NCBI GenBank assembly: GCA_905178155.1 | Contig: CAJINV010000016.1 | Span: forward strand, 1,687,102-1,751,101 | DNA length: 64,000 bases | Source: Amoebophrya sp. A120 | Lineage: Eukaryota; Protista; Dinoflagellata | Direction: 5' to 3' | Part shown: piece after piece, positions 26,904 to 40,600 of the stretch | Numbering within the stretch: position 1 is the stretch's first letter | Layout: each line of letters opens with the position of its first letter | Notes under the pieces: model-generated | Database searches by the model: none | What the model saw: only the letters and a program-made list of their open reading frames with translations | Told to the model about the DNA's origin: nothing | Program-made: the position numbers and the translations under genes

Positions 26904-29131
26904 CCTGCTGACACAACTTCGATAATTCTGAAGTAGGTCACTCAGAACTTAGAACAGCAGTTGCCTCGGTTTGCTTTTGCCCGTCGGATATTACAGCCGC
27001 TACTCGGTTGTGGTAACTTTGTCGGCAGCCGCAGTCGCGCCCGGTTATCGTGGTTCTTGTCCTCTTTCACCAAAAAAACCAACACTGCAGTTCCTCCGGC
27101 ACGAGCACAAGTAGGACTATTTGTCTACTCTACTTATGTTGGACGCAAGTACGAGTGCTGCAGCTTCTTGATCTTGCCCTCGGTGCTCCTTGGGGCAGTT
27201 ACTAGTACTGCAACAGCTGTTATTGTGATTGCAGTGCTGCAGCTGTCGTGAAACCAAGCCAGGTTTCGGACGACCCGGCCGCTACGGGTCTTCGCGCATT
27301 CTTTTTACGGTTGCACACTAGGATCTACGTCGCCATGGCCAAGGGAGTGAGTACGGCATTCGCGTGCCTTGAAGCGAATTCTCCTAGCTAATGTATTTTT
27401 TCGATCGCAATCGGAGAAATATATCGTGACCCTAGCTCCTCTACTTGTTGATACGATTCTTCGGACCGACACCGATTCATTTTCATTTTTTAGAAGCGCT
27501 GTAACACATTATTCCGAGTAGAGTTGTAAAGAAACCACGTTACTTTGTGTCGTCGTGATAAGAAAATTCCCAAATAAAAAATTAATAAAAATGAAGCGAT
27601 GACAAGCTAAATAAAGGTCGACGTCGAACTACTTGAGTAACTATGTACTTCAACAAATTGACAAAATAAATCAAAACGTATGTACTAACTTAGCGTTGTC
27701 AGTTTCTCCTTTTATTTCGCTGCTGGTCGAGGAGAAACAGCTCCGTTTGAAAGGAAAAACAGCTGCAGTTTCCTAGCCGTCTAGGTCGCCGGGTGACAAC
27801 GACTTCTACGTTTTCACAGGAGCCTCAGGATCGTGTTCAACTCTCCGGCGGAAGTAGATCGCAGGATTGAGATTCTGACCTTGTACCAAATTGATACTTG
27901 CAGTGTAGTTTGTTCATTCGCTTTCGCTACTAAGCTAAAGAAGATCTTTTGACAAGAGTCAGACTTTAACCGAGAAAAGGCTAATGCTTCAGGTCATGAT
28001 AAAATCAGCAGGTACCTTGCTGCATGTGGTTTTCGTCTTTGATATGTAATCATTGCCAGCTGTAGTACAAGAACGCGGTAGCAACTGCCGAATAGGGATA
28101 CCTTACATTACTTACACTTACAAACGACCGCGTTACCACCCCTCTGCAACGACAGATATTTCGTCACTGCAATAAATAGTTTTGGATCGTGTTCTTCCGA
28201 CCAGTAAAATTATCTTGGAATTGTCTGATTAGTACTAAAGATACCTCTCATCTCCTCTCTTGCCTTGCGGCCGCGCGTGAGGCCCTCGTCCATCTTCTGC
28301 ACGCTTACCAGCGGCAGATTTTGCGCTATAATCGAGGCTCAACACTTAGTCGCTGACGTGATACGATGATCCGCACTCTCGCGGGCCAGGTGTCTAGAAC
28401 TAGAACTTTAACTACAACTACTTGTTAGGGTGCAAAATAAAACTATCTCAAGAACCAGCCAAATTCTACTATTGATCTCGCCTCTTCAGCAACCCACACT
28501 CTCATTTCGACATCATCTTTCGCGTTATAAAGATACTTATCAAAAATCATCGGCAAAAACTACAAATGCCATAATAATTTTGGCGGTACACAGACAAAGG
28601 CGAACACACACAGATTTTTACCACACAGACGGCGCCCAAACAAGCTGCCAGAAAGCCAGAAGAGGGATGCAGCCTGAAAACAAAATACACCTTTCATACA
28701 AGCTTCGTCCAGATCCAGTTGTCGGCACGTGGCATCAAATAAGTAAAACTCAGACAGTAAGAAACAAATCCTGTTCATGTTATTATATCAAATGACATCC
28801 TTTTTTCACAGTACAGTAAGTACCCTATTGGACATTGCTTTAGGCGCAGACTCAACACGGACCTAGTACAACAGATTGCTGTAGGCGGAAGACCTAGTAC
28901 TTACTTCCTTTTTATTAGAACGTGATGACTTGAGCTTTTCCTTTGCCGCTCGATGTCCATTAAGTTGACGACGCCAAGTAGAATAAAATGACTAACATAT
29001 GACTATGCTTCGCCATCACAACAGCTCTGTGCTATTAAGTATTTATGAAATGACACAGAGCTGGCACGGAGCTTTCGCTCTCTTCGTAGTTCAGGCCAAA
29101 CAAGCAAGGTAGAGCAGAAGGGATGTGATTT

Positions 29132-32100
29132 TCAAACCGGATGCGCCTCAGCAGCTTCTGGCGGCAGACTGATGGCACGGGCGTGTTGACAATGCCACCT
29201 GTCGTCTTGGTTTTGTCCCATCTCATACTCGAGGTAATATGCTGACCGACAATTCCCGTTCTTCGCCAACATACAACAGCCACCATTCATTTTGTCGTAC
29301 TTCATTTTCGCAGTGTTCCACTCCGGCGACGGTGTCAACAGCCATATGGACCGGCTGAGTTTCAGCCACGTGCGTTTAGGGATGGATTTCTCGACTTGAA
29401 ACAGCGTCTCCAAAGCGGGAGAATCAACATTCGGATCGATGCTCTCCGCGCTTGAAACCTGATCGGGCGGAAGGGGAAGGCTGGCGTCGTGCAGAAAAAA
29501 ATTTGCGTCCAGAACGCCGGCGTGAATCTATCCTGTGCAAAAGCGTCTCAGTGAACATGCCACTTTGAATCAAGGGGATGAGGCGGAAGCCTGACTCACC
29601 ATCTTTTGCGTCTTCAGAACTCATCTGTTTTCTGTAGCAACTCTACTTTTGTCGTTTTTTGTAGTGATGCAACAAAGTCGGTAAACAAGACCACCCTCAA
29701 GTCTGTATCGCCGTAAATTGTGCGCGGCATGCCCATGCGGCATCAATTCTACAAGGGGCCGCCTCCGTGTATTCGCCTTCTACGAAGGAAGGTCGTCTTG
29801 TCGAAAAATGAAAACGACTTTATCACATGTACACCATCTTCGTTATAGGAAACTTACATCGTCGTCACTGCGGCAAGGCCAGGCCATGCTGACGATTTGC
29901 TGCCTACTCCTGTATGATTCCGAATGCAAATGACTTCGACGACTTTACGCCTGATAGAGTGACGACGACCACAATTTTGTCCCTCAGCCTGTAGTCGAAC
30001 ACGGGGTTGCCCGGTATCGTGTAAGTGCGTCGATTCGTATCCTTAGTCTGGCTGGAAATTCCCAGCTCCAGTTTATCACGGATGAAAAAGCAACGCTTAT
30101 CGCCCAATGTGGCGCAACACCATATTTTCTTTTGCATGCAGGTAAGGCTAAAAATGAGACATGAACATGTAAAACATAAACAATACCAAACTCGAAATAT
30201 GAATACATCTCATGACAATCAATGACTTCTCCGTGGTGAATATGATAGATACCTAAATGAAGACAAGGTATTTTTAAGCGACTTGAATTCGAATTGCGAT
30301 CCCGATCGCCGAGCCCGAAGACTGCAACACAATAAAATATGGTGGGGCAGGTTCAGATGGACCTACAGAGCGTCTTCTGAATCTGATACAGCTTCTGCAC
30401 AAAAAAATCGTGGGAGGTTTTTCCCGCTAGCTTCTCGGACCCTCTGGGCCCGAACTTGACACCATCGTTGCTGTTCCAGCTGGCATGCACTTCGTTCCAT
30501 TTTTCCCTCCCGGCCTGCGCGTCATAAAATGCTGCGTCGAGGTTGCCGCTCATGAAAAAATCGTTGAGGAATCGAATATTCTGGCATGACTCGCTCAAGA
30601 CTTGCAATCTCAAGCGGTGCAACATGAAATCAAATTCAAATCAAGAGAAAGAGCTTTGCGGAAGAAAATCAGTATGGACATGGACGATTACATTGTTACA
30701 CGGTGTCACTAGCTACAGTTTTATACATCATGCCCAACTAAGCACTACTCTTTGTCTTGCTCAAAATTGTTCGTATAAATATAATGTTAATGCATAAATT
30801 AGCCGTAGCCGTGGGCTCCGTCCCTGCTTGTAATTAGAAGGAAGTTCAACGTCCCTACATTGCAACGCTTGCCACTGCAAAATTTCTGCTTGTCATACCT
30901 TGTGGTGCGAGCTTCTGTCCCAGTCGGAAGACACAGTACCTTTATTTTCCTCTCCCCAGACGGCTTCTTCATTCGAATGAGTTTTGGCTTTCCCACTTTC
31001 GCACACCGGCTCTCCCCCAGGCGTTTTAATCTTCCACACCCCGCCATCGCACTTTTGGAAACGTTCTGCTTTGATTTCCCGCAATTCAGGAACTAAGAAG
31101 ATCTGCGGAACAATCCTAGGTACGCCGTCGCGTCCTCCGTTGTCGTCTGAAAATACACCCATGCCTTCCAACAATATGCAAGGCAACAAAAAGCTTAGTT
31201 AGTAGTGAAAGTTTGCATCGACGCAGAACATGCAACAAGAGTAGAGCCACGCTTGCCTTAATGCAGCACCACCGAGATGGCCTTTGCTCTCCATGACCGT
31301 TGTGGGTATCCGAAAGGCAATTTATTTCCTTGTCACACTCATGCAAAGCCAAGTTGGCACGTACATTGTTCAAGCGGACCCTCATCGAAATCCCTTGACG
31401 CCGTCGCCGCAAGCAATTTCTGACATAAAAGGAAATCTACGGGCCAACTTGTCATCTAGTCATTTCATGATGAAGCTCACACTAACACAGCTCGTTGCCT
31501 GAAATAAATAAAGCGTCGAGAGTTTGCATAGACCGCAACAGTGGGGAACAGAGGAAGACCACTTTCTTGAAAATGGACTCACGCCACATAGACTCATCTT
31601 GCTTGAAGGAGGGGTCGTTCATTTCTTTCCGGAGCTCTGCTTTCACATGTTCGTTCAGCGTCTCTCCAATTCTTTTTGCCGATTCTTCAACACCTGGCCT
31701 AACCATCATCCAATGCAAAGATATCGTCTTCTATTTTTGCGCGGGAGGCCAAGCTACAAAACTATGCACAGAGACACAGCACCGCCAACATACAATTTGC
31801 TGATCATGTAAGTAGTCTCCTCATCCGTGCCAACAAGACTCAGTATTGTTTCTGCTCCTCGACGTCAGCAGCGGAATGATATGCCGATGGCACGCAGTTC
31901 CTCGAAAGGAACTGTGGGCTGTTGCTATTCGATTTTGCGTTTGGAACCTGAAGCTGCATCGCGCTTCTTCAATTGAAATCAAACAAAACTGGTTGAAGAT
32001 ACTTCTCTCTAAAATGAAGGCACCATATCAAACAGCTCTGGCTTTTTTCTGTGGCAGACCTCGAGATGAGACAAGAAGAATGTTAGTCTGTGCATTGGAT

Positions 32101-32304
32101 AGGCGGCGGGTCGAAGTCCAGTCGTTTCTTTCCGTCCGCCATTTCTATCTCGTCTTTCGAAAATCGGTTAGAGGTGCGCATCACAAGAATTTGCTTTGGT
32201 GGCGTGTCCGCAGACTGTTCGTCCGGTTTCGCCGATGGTTCTGGCTGCTGGAGGTGCCTTCCAATTTCCGAACTCCCTGGTGGCTGGTGCTGCGCATCCC
32301 CCAA
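29132..32304 (-). CDS. Divergent histidine-phosphatase (PGM-like) superfamily protein; exon structure unresolved
   Basis: Motifs in the expected order: ILVMRTSNR..DPP, FLCSPLLRSMQTL, NLALHE, IVVVVTLSGV. Confidence 0.4.
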
Positions 32305-32513
32305 GTATGGAATGCAAATCGTTAATCAGGACGACGACCACGAGCGACACGAGATAAAAGAGTGTAAAGAAAAAAACAGGCGGATGCTTTTATTTGCTTT
32401 TACCGATGCAAACGAAACATAGAGCGTCAGCGTTTAGGCCAACACCCTCTACTTCCGATAATTTAGGCGGCGACGAACTTTTGGATACCCTTGGCTTGTC
32501 AACGTTGTTGGCT

Positions 32514-34382
32514 TTAGAAAGAAAAACGCTCCACGTGACCGGCGTGGTCGTATACATAGCATTGATTTGCAGTGCGTAGACCTGGCTTGCTGCTGCTGGT
32601 AGCAGCAGAACCGCGTTGAGGAGCAGATTGAGGAAAAGGCGACTTCTGTTCTTCCTCGGTGGCCGGTTTTAAAGGAGTCGTCACGGGACTCCTGCGGTCA
32701 CCCCTTTCAGAACCAGCACCAGCTTCAGCAGCTAATGCTCCTTCTGCCGGGTGCACAGGTGGAGGTTGTGGCCCACCGGCGGTGAGCCACCACGCTGCAG
32801 CAGGGTGCGTATTCCCTGTGACAGTGTTTGCTGCTGGTTGTTGCCCCACAAGTTGAGAATCATCATGATCTTCAGAAGGCGCTGGCGCTTGGGCTTGCTG
32901 GTCTTCCTCACGAGGACGAGGACGATCACGCCCCGGAATGTCTATAACCTCTTCAGGGCCGGAAGCAAACGGAACATGTTTAGCAGCCACAACTTTGCCT
33001 TTTGCTTTTGTACCCTTTCCTGGGGAGGGAGCCCCGCCAGCGTCACTTGTTCCGGCAGGTGCTGGGGGTGGCGTCAGAGAAGCTTTTGGAGCATCTTCGG
33101 GATCTCCACGAAGAGCAGAGTCCCCAGACGGCGGTGAGGAAAGAAGATTCGCCGATTGCCTAGCTCCTGCTCCGGCAGCACCATGCTGCAGTGGTGCGGA
33201 AGGTAGTGTCGTAGACGTACTACTTCCTGCGGGTGGCTCTTGACCAGCACCAGCAGCTGCATTCGCGGCGTCCGCGGAAGCGTCAGCAGGCGCAGCTGGC
33301 GGCGGAGAAGCTTTTTTGGGATGAGGAGCAGCACTTCCTGCTTTTTGCGGCACTGTGGACAGATCATGATCCACCGATTGCAGAGCACCATGCTGCGCTG
33401 CCGCACTTTGCTGGTCAGCACCTCCACCACCAGGCTTCTGGGAACGTGGGGTCGTACTTGTAGCCGCTGGAGGTCCAGCACCTTGATGACCAGCACCAGC
33501 AGAAGCAGCTCCAGTCGCCCCGCCCGGTGGCAGAACTGGAAAAGGACCACCTCCGCCAAGCCGTTGTACCGGCGCGGAGGACGCCAGTTTTGATGGCGGG
33601 CGCTCTTGCAGACGCTCCTGCGGCGCTGGATGCCGTGGATCGTTACCTGCTGGAGGTTCTTGCGCATTTTGACTTTTAGCTGTGCGCGTGTAATTCGGCG
33701 CTCCTTCGCTACCACCATCACCACCGCAACAACCGCCTCCTGTTCCCTGACCAAAGGCTTCCGCTTGCTTGGCTGACCGAGGCGCCAACGTGTCTTTCTG
33801 CAGGACGGACGACACAGGAGGGGAAGGATCGTCTGCGGGATCTTCCAACAAAAATCCCCATTGTTTTTCATCGGGACTGCTGTCTTCACATTTATTCGCC
33901 TCCAATGGGGTGCCGTCGCATGCGAAACAGCCGAGTTCGAAGCCGCCATCGCTGTTGTGCTCGGGCTGGTCGGTGTTCTTGATCGTGTCCGTGGGGCTCG
34001 TCGTGTCCATGACATTCCTCATGCTGTCCGTTTGCACGGCAAGGACGACGAACGAGGACCCTTGATCGGTTTCGCCCGTGATCAAATTTTTACCGAGGAA
34101 CGACAAGGGGGCCAGCAGCTTAAGCGGGTAGGAACTGACGACGTAGTTCTTGCGGCAACCACGGCGCAACACGCGCGGTGCGCAGAAGATGCTGAAAAAC
34201 ATTCGGCCGGAAGTTCTTGTTGATGTGCCGCGTAGGCAGCTTGCGACTTTCCCTTTTGCGAAGTTGTTCCCCGGATAGCGTTTTGCAGGAATCCGAACCG
34301 TCCTTGTCTCCACCACGGCGGCGATCGCTGTCGTGTGCCGCCCGCCAGGCGTGCCCATGCTGCTCGTCGTGCCACAGTACAT
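32514..34382 (-). CDS. P/A/G/S-rich hypothetical protein
   Basis: 622-codon uninterrupted ORF, co-oriented with its neighbours; no domain recognised. Confidence 0.5.
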   Translation of the reverse strand: MYCGTTSSMGTPGGRHTTAIAAVVETRTVRIPAKRYPGNNFAKGKVASCLRGTSTRTSGRMFFSIFCAPRVLRRGCRKNYVVSSYPLKLLAPLSFLGKNLITGETDQGSSFVVLAVQTDSMRNVMDTTSPTDTIKNTDQPEHNSDGGFELGCFACDGTPLEANKCEDSSPDEKQWGFLLEDPADDPSPPVSSVLQKDTLAPRSAKQAEAFGQGTGGGCCGGDGGSEGAPNYTRTAKSQNAQEPPAGNDPRHPAPQERLQERPPSKLASSAPVQRLGGGGPFPVLPPGGATGAASAGAGHQGAGPPAATSTTPRSQKPGGGGADQQSAAAQHGALQSVDHDLSTVPQKAGSAAPHPKKASPPPAAPADASADAANAAAGAGQEPPAGSSTSTTLPSAPLQHGAAGAGARQSANLLSSPPSGDSALRGDPEDAPKASLTPPPAPAGTSDAGGAPSPGKGTKAKGKVVAAKHVPFASGPEEVIDIPGRDRPRPREEDQQAQAPAPSEDHDDSQLVGQQPAANTVTGNTHPAAAWWLTAGGPQPPPVHPAEGALAAEAGAGSERGDRRSPVTTPLKPATEEEQKSPFPQSAPQRGSAATSSSKPGLRTANQCYVYDHAGHVERFSF

Positions 34383-35615
34383 TGGTTGAAGAAGAAGATG
34401 AGCAGTCTCTTGTAGTTTTTTCCTCTAGCTATTTTTGTTCACGCGAGTTTACTGCGGCGGTCGCTGGGTGGATGATAAATAAACCTTGTTTGCAATCACT
34501 CCGTAAAAGAAGAGAGTACTGCTGATCTCGGCAGCAAAGACGAACCCCAACGCTGGGTCGTTCTATCTTTACAAGAAGTCGTGTCACAAAGGGGGGTTGT
34601 GGTTGTTTGACTCGTGGGTCGGAGTCGTAGAAATTAATAATTGTGGGTCGCAAAAAATACAGGAAAGAGGACAAACCTGTTCTGTTTGCATGTAATATTC
34701 TAGGCTTGTACGACAAGAGCTCTCCGTTGCTTGCTGCTAATCATGTACGTCTGCGGCATTGCCAACAAGCAAAAAAAAAGCCAAGAACGAAACCGCCATG
34801 CAAACGAAGACTCTCACGAGCACCAGCCTCGCAGGCTCCATAATATCAAAAAGACAGGAACGAAACTAGCAGCGCAGCCTCGACCACCGAATCAAGGATT
34901 ATATATGCGCTTTCACGACTGACATCTTCGAAGCCGACCGACATGCTCGAAGTCTATTTTGTTCTGTGGACGAGACAAACAGACACGACGACAGAGCATC
35001 TTTTTATTGCTGATAATGTCCTGCGCGTACAGACTCGCACGATGACCGAAACAGGGTTGGTTCCTTCAAACTCAGTGGAACGAGAATTATTTTCTTGAAA
35101 ATCAGAGCAGTGGACGCAGAAGTGCTAGTGGTATTTTTGTGTTCGAGGACTTCATCACGAAACAGCACCGATACGACACCACGAACGAGCATTTGTGGCA
35201 TAGAATCCGAGCTCCACAAGGGGGATCGACGTGGTCGGTGCAGACCATGAATGCGAAGCGACGAGAAGTTGTTTGGAGCGACAGGGCATGACTACGGGAG
35301 GGACGACGACTGAAACGAAAAACTGTAGAATCGTTTTTCTAGAAGATCTGGAAGCGAGGACGAGTCAAACAAACAACGGAGTGCTGAAGATGTGGTACCT
35401 CCTCTGAATTTCTTTTCTGCGCTTCTCCTTCGGCTTGATAGATTCTGCGACAGTGCAAGAAGAAGCCATACCCATAAATATCAACAATATCATTCGTGAA
35501 TTATTTTTCATCTTCTCCACTCTGTTGTTCTACGAACTTACTACGTCTACTGTTACTGTATTAAAGCAATATAGCGCTTCTACGGACCTCATAGTGCGTA
35601 GATCCGCTTTTCAAT

Positions 35616-35648
35616 AGAAGTGGCTGTATGTAACATACAGCCACTTCT
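35616..35648. repeat. Perfect 16-bp inverted repeat with a 1-nt spacer
   Basis: AGAAGTGGCTGTATGT-A-ACATACAGCCACTTCT. Confidence 0.9.
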
Positions 35649-35768
35649 CTGCATTTGTCCATCAATTTTCCGTCGCAGCAGTGGTCATTAACTGATGCAT
35701 TCTTTACGACGACGTCGACGCCGCTTCTGTATCGCTGTCATCCGCATCCCCCTTGCTCCGGCAACACA

Positions 35769-37034
35769 TCATGTAGAAGATGATACCTCGCAAGTTTGTT
35801 TATTGATTCCTTCTTGCTCTTTTTGTGCATGGCAAACAGAATTTCTCATGCGAAAACACGACCACAAATAGCAAGAGCTGCAACACAAAGAACAACAATT
35901 TGTAGTGTGCAACAAAAGAACAGTACCTCCCACAAACCCCGCTGGTGACATGAGATAGGACATGTACGACCCCTGCGTCCCGACCGCCGCCCCGCCGGCT
36001 GGCGCCATTCCGTTATTCATGCCCATCCCGTTGTTCATGCCCATCCCGTTGTTCATGCCCATTCCGTTATTCATGCCCATTCCGTTGTTATTCATATTCT
36101 GGTTCTGCCCGTTTCCATTATTATTCTGCCCCCCGCCCGCATTGTTGTTTCCACCTGTATTGTTGTTTCCTCCACCTCCGCCCGCATTGTTATTGCCTGT
36201 CGTGGTGCCTCCACCGGCGTTGCCGCCCGACTGCCCTCCAGCTCCACCTGCGTCCGCACCACCACCTGCACCTTCCCCTTCCGCAAAAGACGATAAAATC
36301 GAGTGAGGATTTTTTCGCAGCCGCAGACGCCCAGCAGGAACATCAAGACCATGGCTCTGCTCACCATTTTCAGGGTTCAGAAAAACGTGGAGGAGTTTCT
36401 GTCCTGTTGTTTTCATGCCGGTGATTTGGAGTGCTGGTTCTACTTGGCCGCCAAGCGTCAACCTAGGCAGATGGCAGCTCTTAAGTAGACCAAGACCATG
36501 ATGATCAACTACATTTTCCGCGAAGCTGAGGAAACTCGTTGACGAGGAGGCTGCTGCGTGGGCAGACGGAGAAGAGGATGAACTACTGCAAGAGCCCGCT
36601 CCTTTTCTCATTTGTTGTTGTTCCCCACGACTGGAGGTGGAAACGAAAGCAGCTGTGTCGTCGCAGTCATGCCGTTGTCTGCTGAAGAAGGATGTGATGA
36701 ATTTCTGGTCGTGGTAGAGAAGCTTGTTGTCGTTGCGTGAAGAAGACGATGCACTACAAGAGGAAGCCCCCAGTCCTGCAGGAAAAAGTTCTTGGTGGTG
36801 GTGCCGAGTGGTGGCTGGTTGCACACCAGCCGCATGATGGTGATCCAACACCGTCTGCTGAACCTGTTCCCACAAACGAGCACCTGTCATCTTATATTCT
36901 ACCAGACTATTTTCTTGAGGTTTCTTACGTTTACCCTTTTTTTTGTAGCAGCTTGTTCCAGCTGCTATGTATCCTATATCCTTGCTGTGTGTTACCCTTA
37001 CTATTTCCTGTTGCCCTTTACCGCGAAGTAGCAC
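35769..37034 (-). CDS. Hypothetical G/N/M-rich protein
   Basis: 421-codon ORF with GGNNN and NNGMGM repeats; 3' part probably spliced. Confidence 0.5.
   Translation of the reverse strand: MLLRGKGQQEIVRVTHSKDIGYIAAGTSCYKKKGKRKKPQENSLVEYKMTGARLWEQVQQTVLDHHHAAGVQPATTRHHHQELFPAGLGASSCSASSSSRNDNKLLYHDQKFITSFFSRQRHDCDDTAAFVSTSSRGEQQQMRKGAGSCSSSSSSPSAHAAASSSTSFLSFAENVVDHHGLGLLKSCHLPRLTLGGQVEPALQITGMKTTGQKLLHVFLNPENGEQSHGLDVPAGRLRLRKNPHSILSSFAEGEGAGGGADAGGAGGQSGGNAGGGTTTGNNNAGGGGGNNNTGGNNNAGGGQNNNGNGQNQNMNNNGMGMNNGMGMNNGMGMNNGMGMNNGMAPAGGAAVGTQGSYMSYLMSPAGFVGGTVLLLHTTNCCSLCCSSCYLWSCFRMRNSVCHAQKEQEGINKQTCEVSSST
36005..36095. repeat. Coding 18-bp tandem repeat encoding (NNGMGM)x4-5
   Basis: Unit CCCATYCCGTTRTTCATG repeated. 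Confidence 0.85.
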
Positions 37035-37686
37035 AAATCTGTCTGCGACCTAGTTCCTTGTTCCAGGCATAAGTAGACTGACTGGATCGCAATTCCCAGG
37101 GTCATAAGACGAGTCCGAAGCGAGCACTTCGATCATCATGCAGTTTTACGAGACACGACGACAACAGGCATGATCTTTTTTTATACTCCGGACGACCACG
37201 AAAATTTCGATGACGATAGCGAAGCGATTGCGATGCATAGAGACCACGACCACGAGGTGGTGCACTCTATTCGCTCTTTGGGACTGCGACTTATTGCTTA
37301 CACATGGAGATGAAAAACGAAAACGAAAGCCATAGAAATCCATCTTACGAGCGAGAGGCGACACAAGTATTTCGTATGAAGAGTCTTCCGGCAGAAGTTT
37401 CTCAGTCACCGGCAGGTCAACACCCGAACAATGCCCGTCCGCGACAAGCTTCGGTAATGAAGATCGTGCCCGCGACACCAGGCTGATGTCGTACGCCGTG
37501 CAAAAATCACAAGCCTTTGCTCATTTCGAGTCATCAAGCTTATTCTTTATTCTCGTTCCCCTTGAGGACGTGCGGATCCCACGTCCCTCTCCTTCCGCAA
37601 GAATCCTCGCGCAGATCAACATAGAGCGTGAACTTCATACAAAAAATCTCTTTATGCAAAGAACGTCCTCTTTCTTCTATCTGCAA

Positions 37687-40600
37687 CTAGTATCCCCCAT
37701 GCTCTTCCTGCAGTTCCCGCAAAACCAACTTTGCCTCCTCCCGCTCCGGGCCGTTGGTATCGAGCAAGGCCTTTGCGTACTCGGCACACTCCGGGATTTT
37801 GTTGATTTTGCGGCAATACTGCATCAGAAACCGCAACGCCTCCACGGCTTCTAGTGAAAGGGACTGCGGAATACCCGTGAAAGCGTCGCCTTCCGTATCG
37901 GTGAGGAAGAAAACTACACTTGAGTGAGGTCATCTTTACTTCGGTTCATTTTTGGTGCTGTGAAGACCAGACGACAATCATGATTGATGTTGGACAGCGT
38001 GTCAATTATGCATGGAGTAGAGTGAGCAGCAACACACTCAAGTATAAGTTTCTTTTGGGGATATTGAAGCAAAAGCTGGTAGTATTCCGCGGCGATGGAC
38101 TCCGAGTTTTGATCTTCGGCTGTTGTACGGTGATTTGTGTTGCACAAGATTGCATGCGAAGAACCATTTGTCTCGCAGGACGATCGAGATGTAGTTGATG
38201 GTAAACGTAAAGTGAGTACTACTAGCTGTGTGAAGAATAATACGAGCGAACAAAAAAGTAGCTAGCCCTCAAAAATTTTATATACCATGCAGCCTCGCCA
38301 ACTTTGGCAGCGCCAAATTCTCGCTGTCCCCGCACTTGTGCGCCCTCTCGAAGCAGGTTATGGCTTGTTTCAGCAGGTTCAAATTCTCGTAGCACCCGGC
38401 CAGCGCGTTCCACATGCGGCTGTCCTTCGGCCGCAGCCGCATCGCTTGCAGGTAGTAGTAACACGCGTAGCTGTACAGGTTCAGGAGTTCGTACACTTGG
38501 CCGATCCCATACCAAGCCCGGTAATCGCGCTTGTTGATCAGCAACGCTTGTCGGTAAGCATCCACGGCCAAGGCACTGTTCTTCATTTCCATGAACTCGT
38601 GGCCCATCAAAATGTACCCGGGGACGAACTGCCGGTTGATCTGGAGGGCGCGGTGAAAATAGGACACCGCTTTTTCGTGCTCGCCTTTGAGGGAGAAAAA
38701 ATTCCCGATGATGCAGCAGGCTTCGGGCGTGTATTTGGAAGACTTGATCACTTGCTTCGCCAGGTGCCCCAGGGCGGGGGAGTTGTCCTTTACATAAAGG
38801 ATGTTGCTGTACCTGGTTTTGTTTGGTAATGGTAATCATGTCGATGCAGTATTAATCATATCCTTGCATTTGCCCCGCATTTTTTCCATTTTTGTTCCTA
38901 TTGAGTTCTTTTGCACTGATCCTGATACTCCTGAAACATCATGAAAAACATAGAAAAATACGTGTCCAAGGATTCCATCTTGTGCGGATCCAGTAAGCGC
39001 ATGCGTTCGAAGTTCTCCAGGCTCGCATATCGTATTCAAAAACGTCCCCACCCCAGAGTTGTCATGCTAGTCTTGCATGCTGAAAATGTTTGTCATGCGA
39101 AGCCCCATGAGAAGCATTTTTCAGTCGTGTCTTGGAGTTTGTCATGCTCCAATCAGCATGATATACTAGAGCTGTGATGCTGCTCAGATAGCTCAAACAG
39201 CTCTACACTACGAGTCGAAATTTGTCATGCAAAACAGCCAAACCTTGTGGATTTGTCTAGCCGAATCCCCATCTTGACTATGGGGTGGGGACGTTTTCAC
39301 ATAGGATATCGCATCGTACTCTTTCATGTTGTACAGCGTGATGGCATATCAAATGCAAAAATGTCTGGGTCTGGAAGATTGCTGGGTTTGTCATGCAGAT
39401 TTTCCATGACCCAAACAGTCTGGCACGCACGGCCTAGCATGACAGATTCTGCGAGATCTCTATCATGCCTTTCCTGCATCAGAAATTGCCTCTAAACTTG
39501 TTCAAAAGTGGACAACTTTTGGTAATCATGCAACACAAATTTTTTCACGATCCAGATGTAGCATGACAAGTTACTCTCTTCCAGACCCAGACATATTTGC
39601 AATGCATATGGCAATTTGGGACAGGAGGTAACTGGACTCAAAAAACCGCTCCTCGAGCAAGTAGTGGTAAATTTCTTTATGGGCTTGAAAAAACAACGAT
39701 CTGGAGTAGCCGAAAACGAATTTGTTTTCGTAGTTTGTTCACTGGGACGTCTAAAGAAAAAGATTAGATGAGTGCTAGGGGTGAGCAGTACTAGTACAAC
39801 TTGGGATCGATATAATCATGACCACAGCTGTAGCAAACCGCGTGAACATCATGCGCCGCACGTGCACGCGCATCTCCTCGATGTTCTTTCCATGCAGATC
39901 TAGACTGAATTCCACCGCAACTGCAAAAGAAAAATCTCCGAGGACAAACCTCCGCGGCAACAACTCCAGAAGAATTTTTCCCCTATGATACTCCAGCGCT
40001 TGGTCGTAGTGCTGTAGGTCCAGGCTCAACGCTGCTTGAAAGAAGAATTTCACCCAGGAAGTGTTCTTCTGCACCGCTTCAGAGACGGAGCTCGAAACGG
40101 CTCGGACTCCCGTCGTTGCTGGTGCTCCGGCCTGGTGTTCCTCTTCATCGCTCAGACAGGTTTGCAGATAGTCCAGCCAGCAGCTCCAATTCCACGGGAA
40201 CTTTTTCAGCGAGCTCGCAAAAGCTTCCCGTATGGCGTTCTCAAACGTTACATCCTCAGCCGTTACATGATTTGTCATGCAAAACTACCATGAGCCACCA
40301 GACGGTCAAGCTACGTCGCATGACAAATTCACGAAGGGCTAAACAGCGCCTAAAACTGTGCCAAATTTGTGATGCGAGAGTTGCAAGCTTGTCCCTTTCA
40401 CTGCTGCGGCTCTTGCATCACAAATCCATGTAACAGTTGAGAATGTAACAGCTGAGAACGCCATATCCCGGGCTTTTTGCGTTTGCTGCAGTTGCTTCAA
40501 CACCAGCCCGCGGAGGTAGAGGCAGTGCGGGTCTTCGCTTGGGTGGGGTGTGCTTGATGTACTGCTTGTGTTTATGCCAGCCTTGCTTGCCGATTCACCT

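Noticed and set aside
30800-30822. CCGTAGCC resembling the start of the dinoflagellate spliced leader (also near 3629)
   Set aside because: The match does not extend to ATTTTGGCTCAAG.
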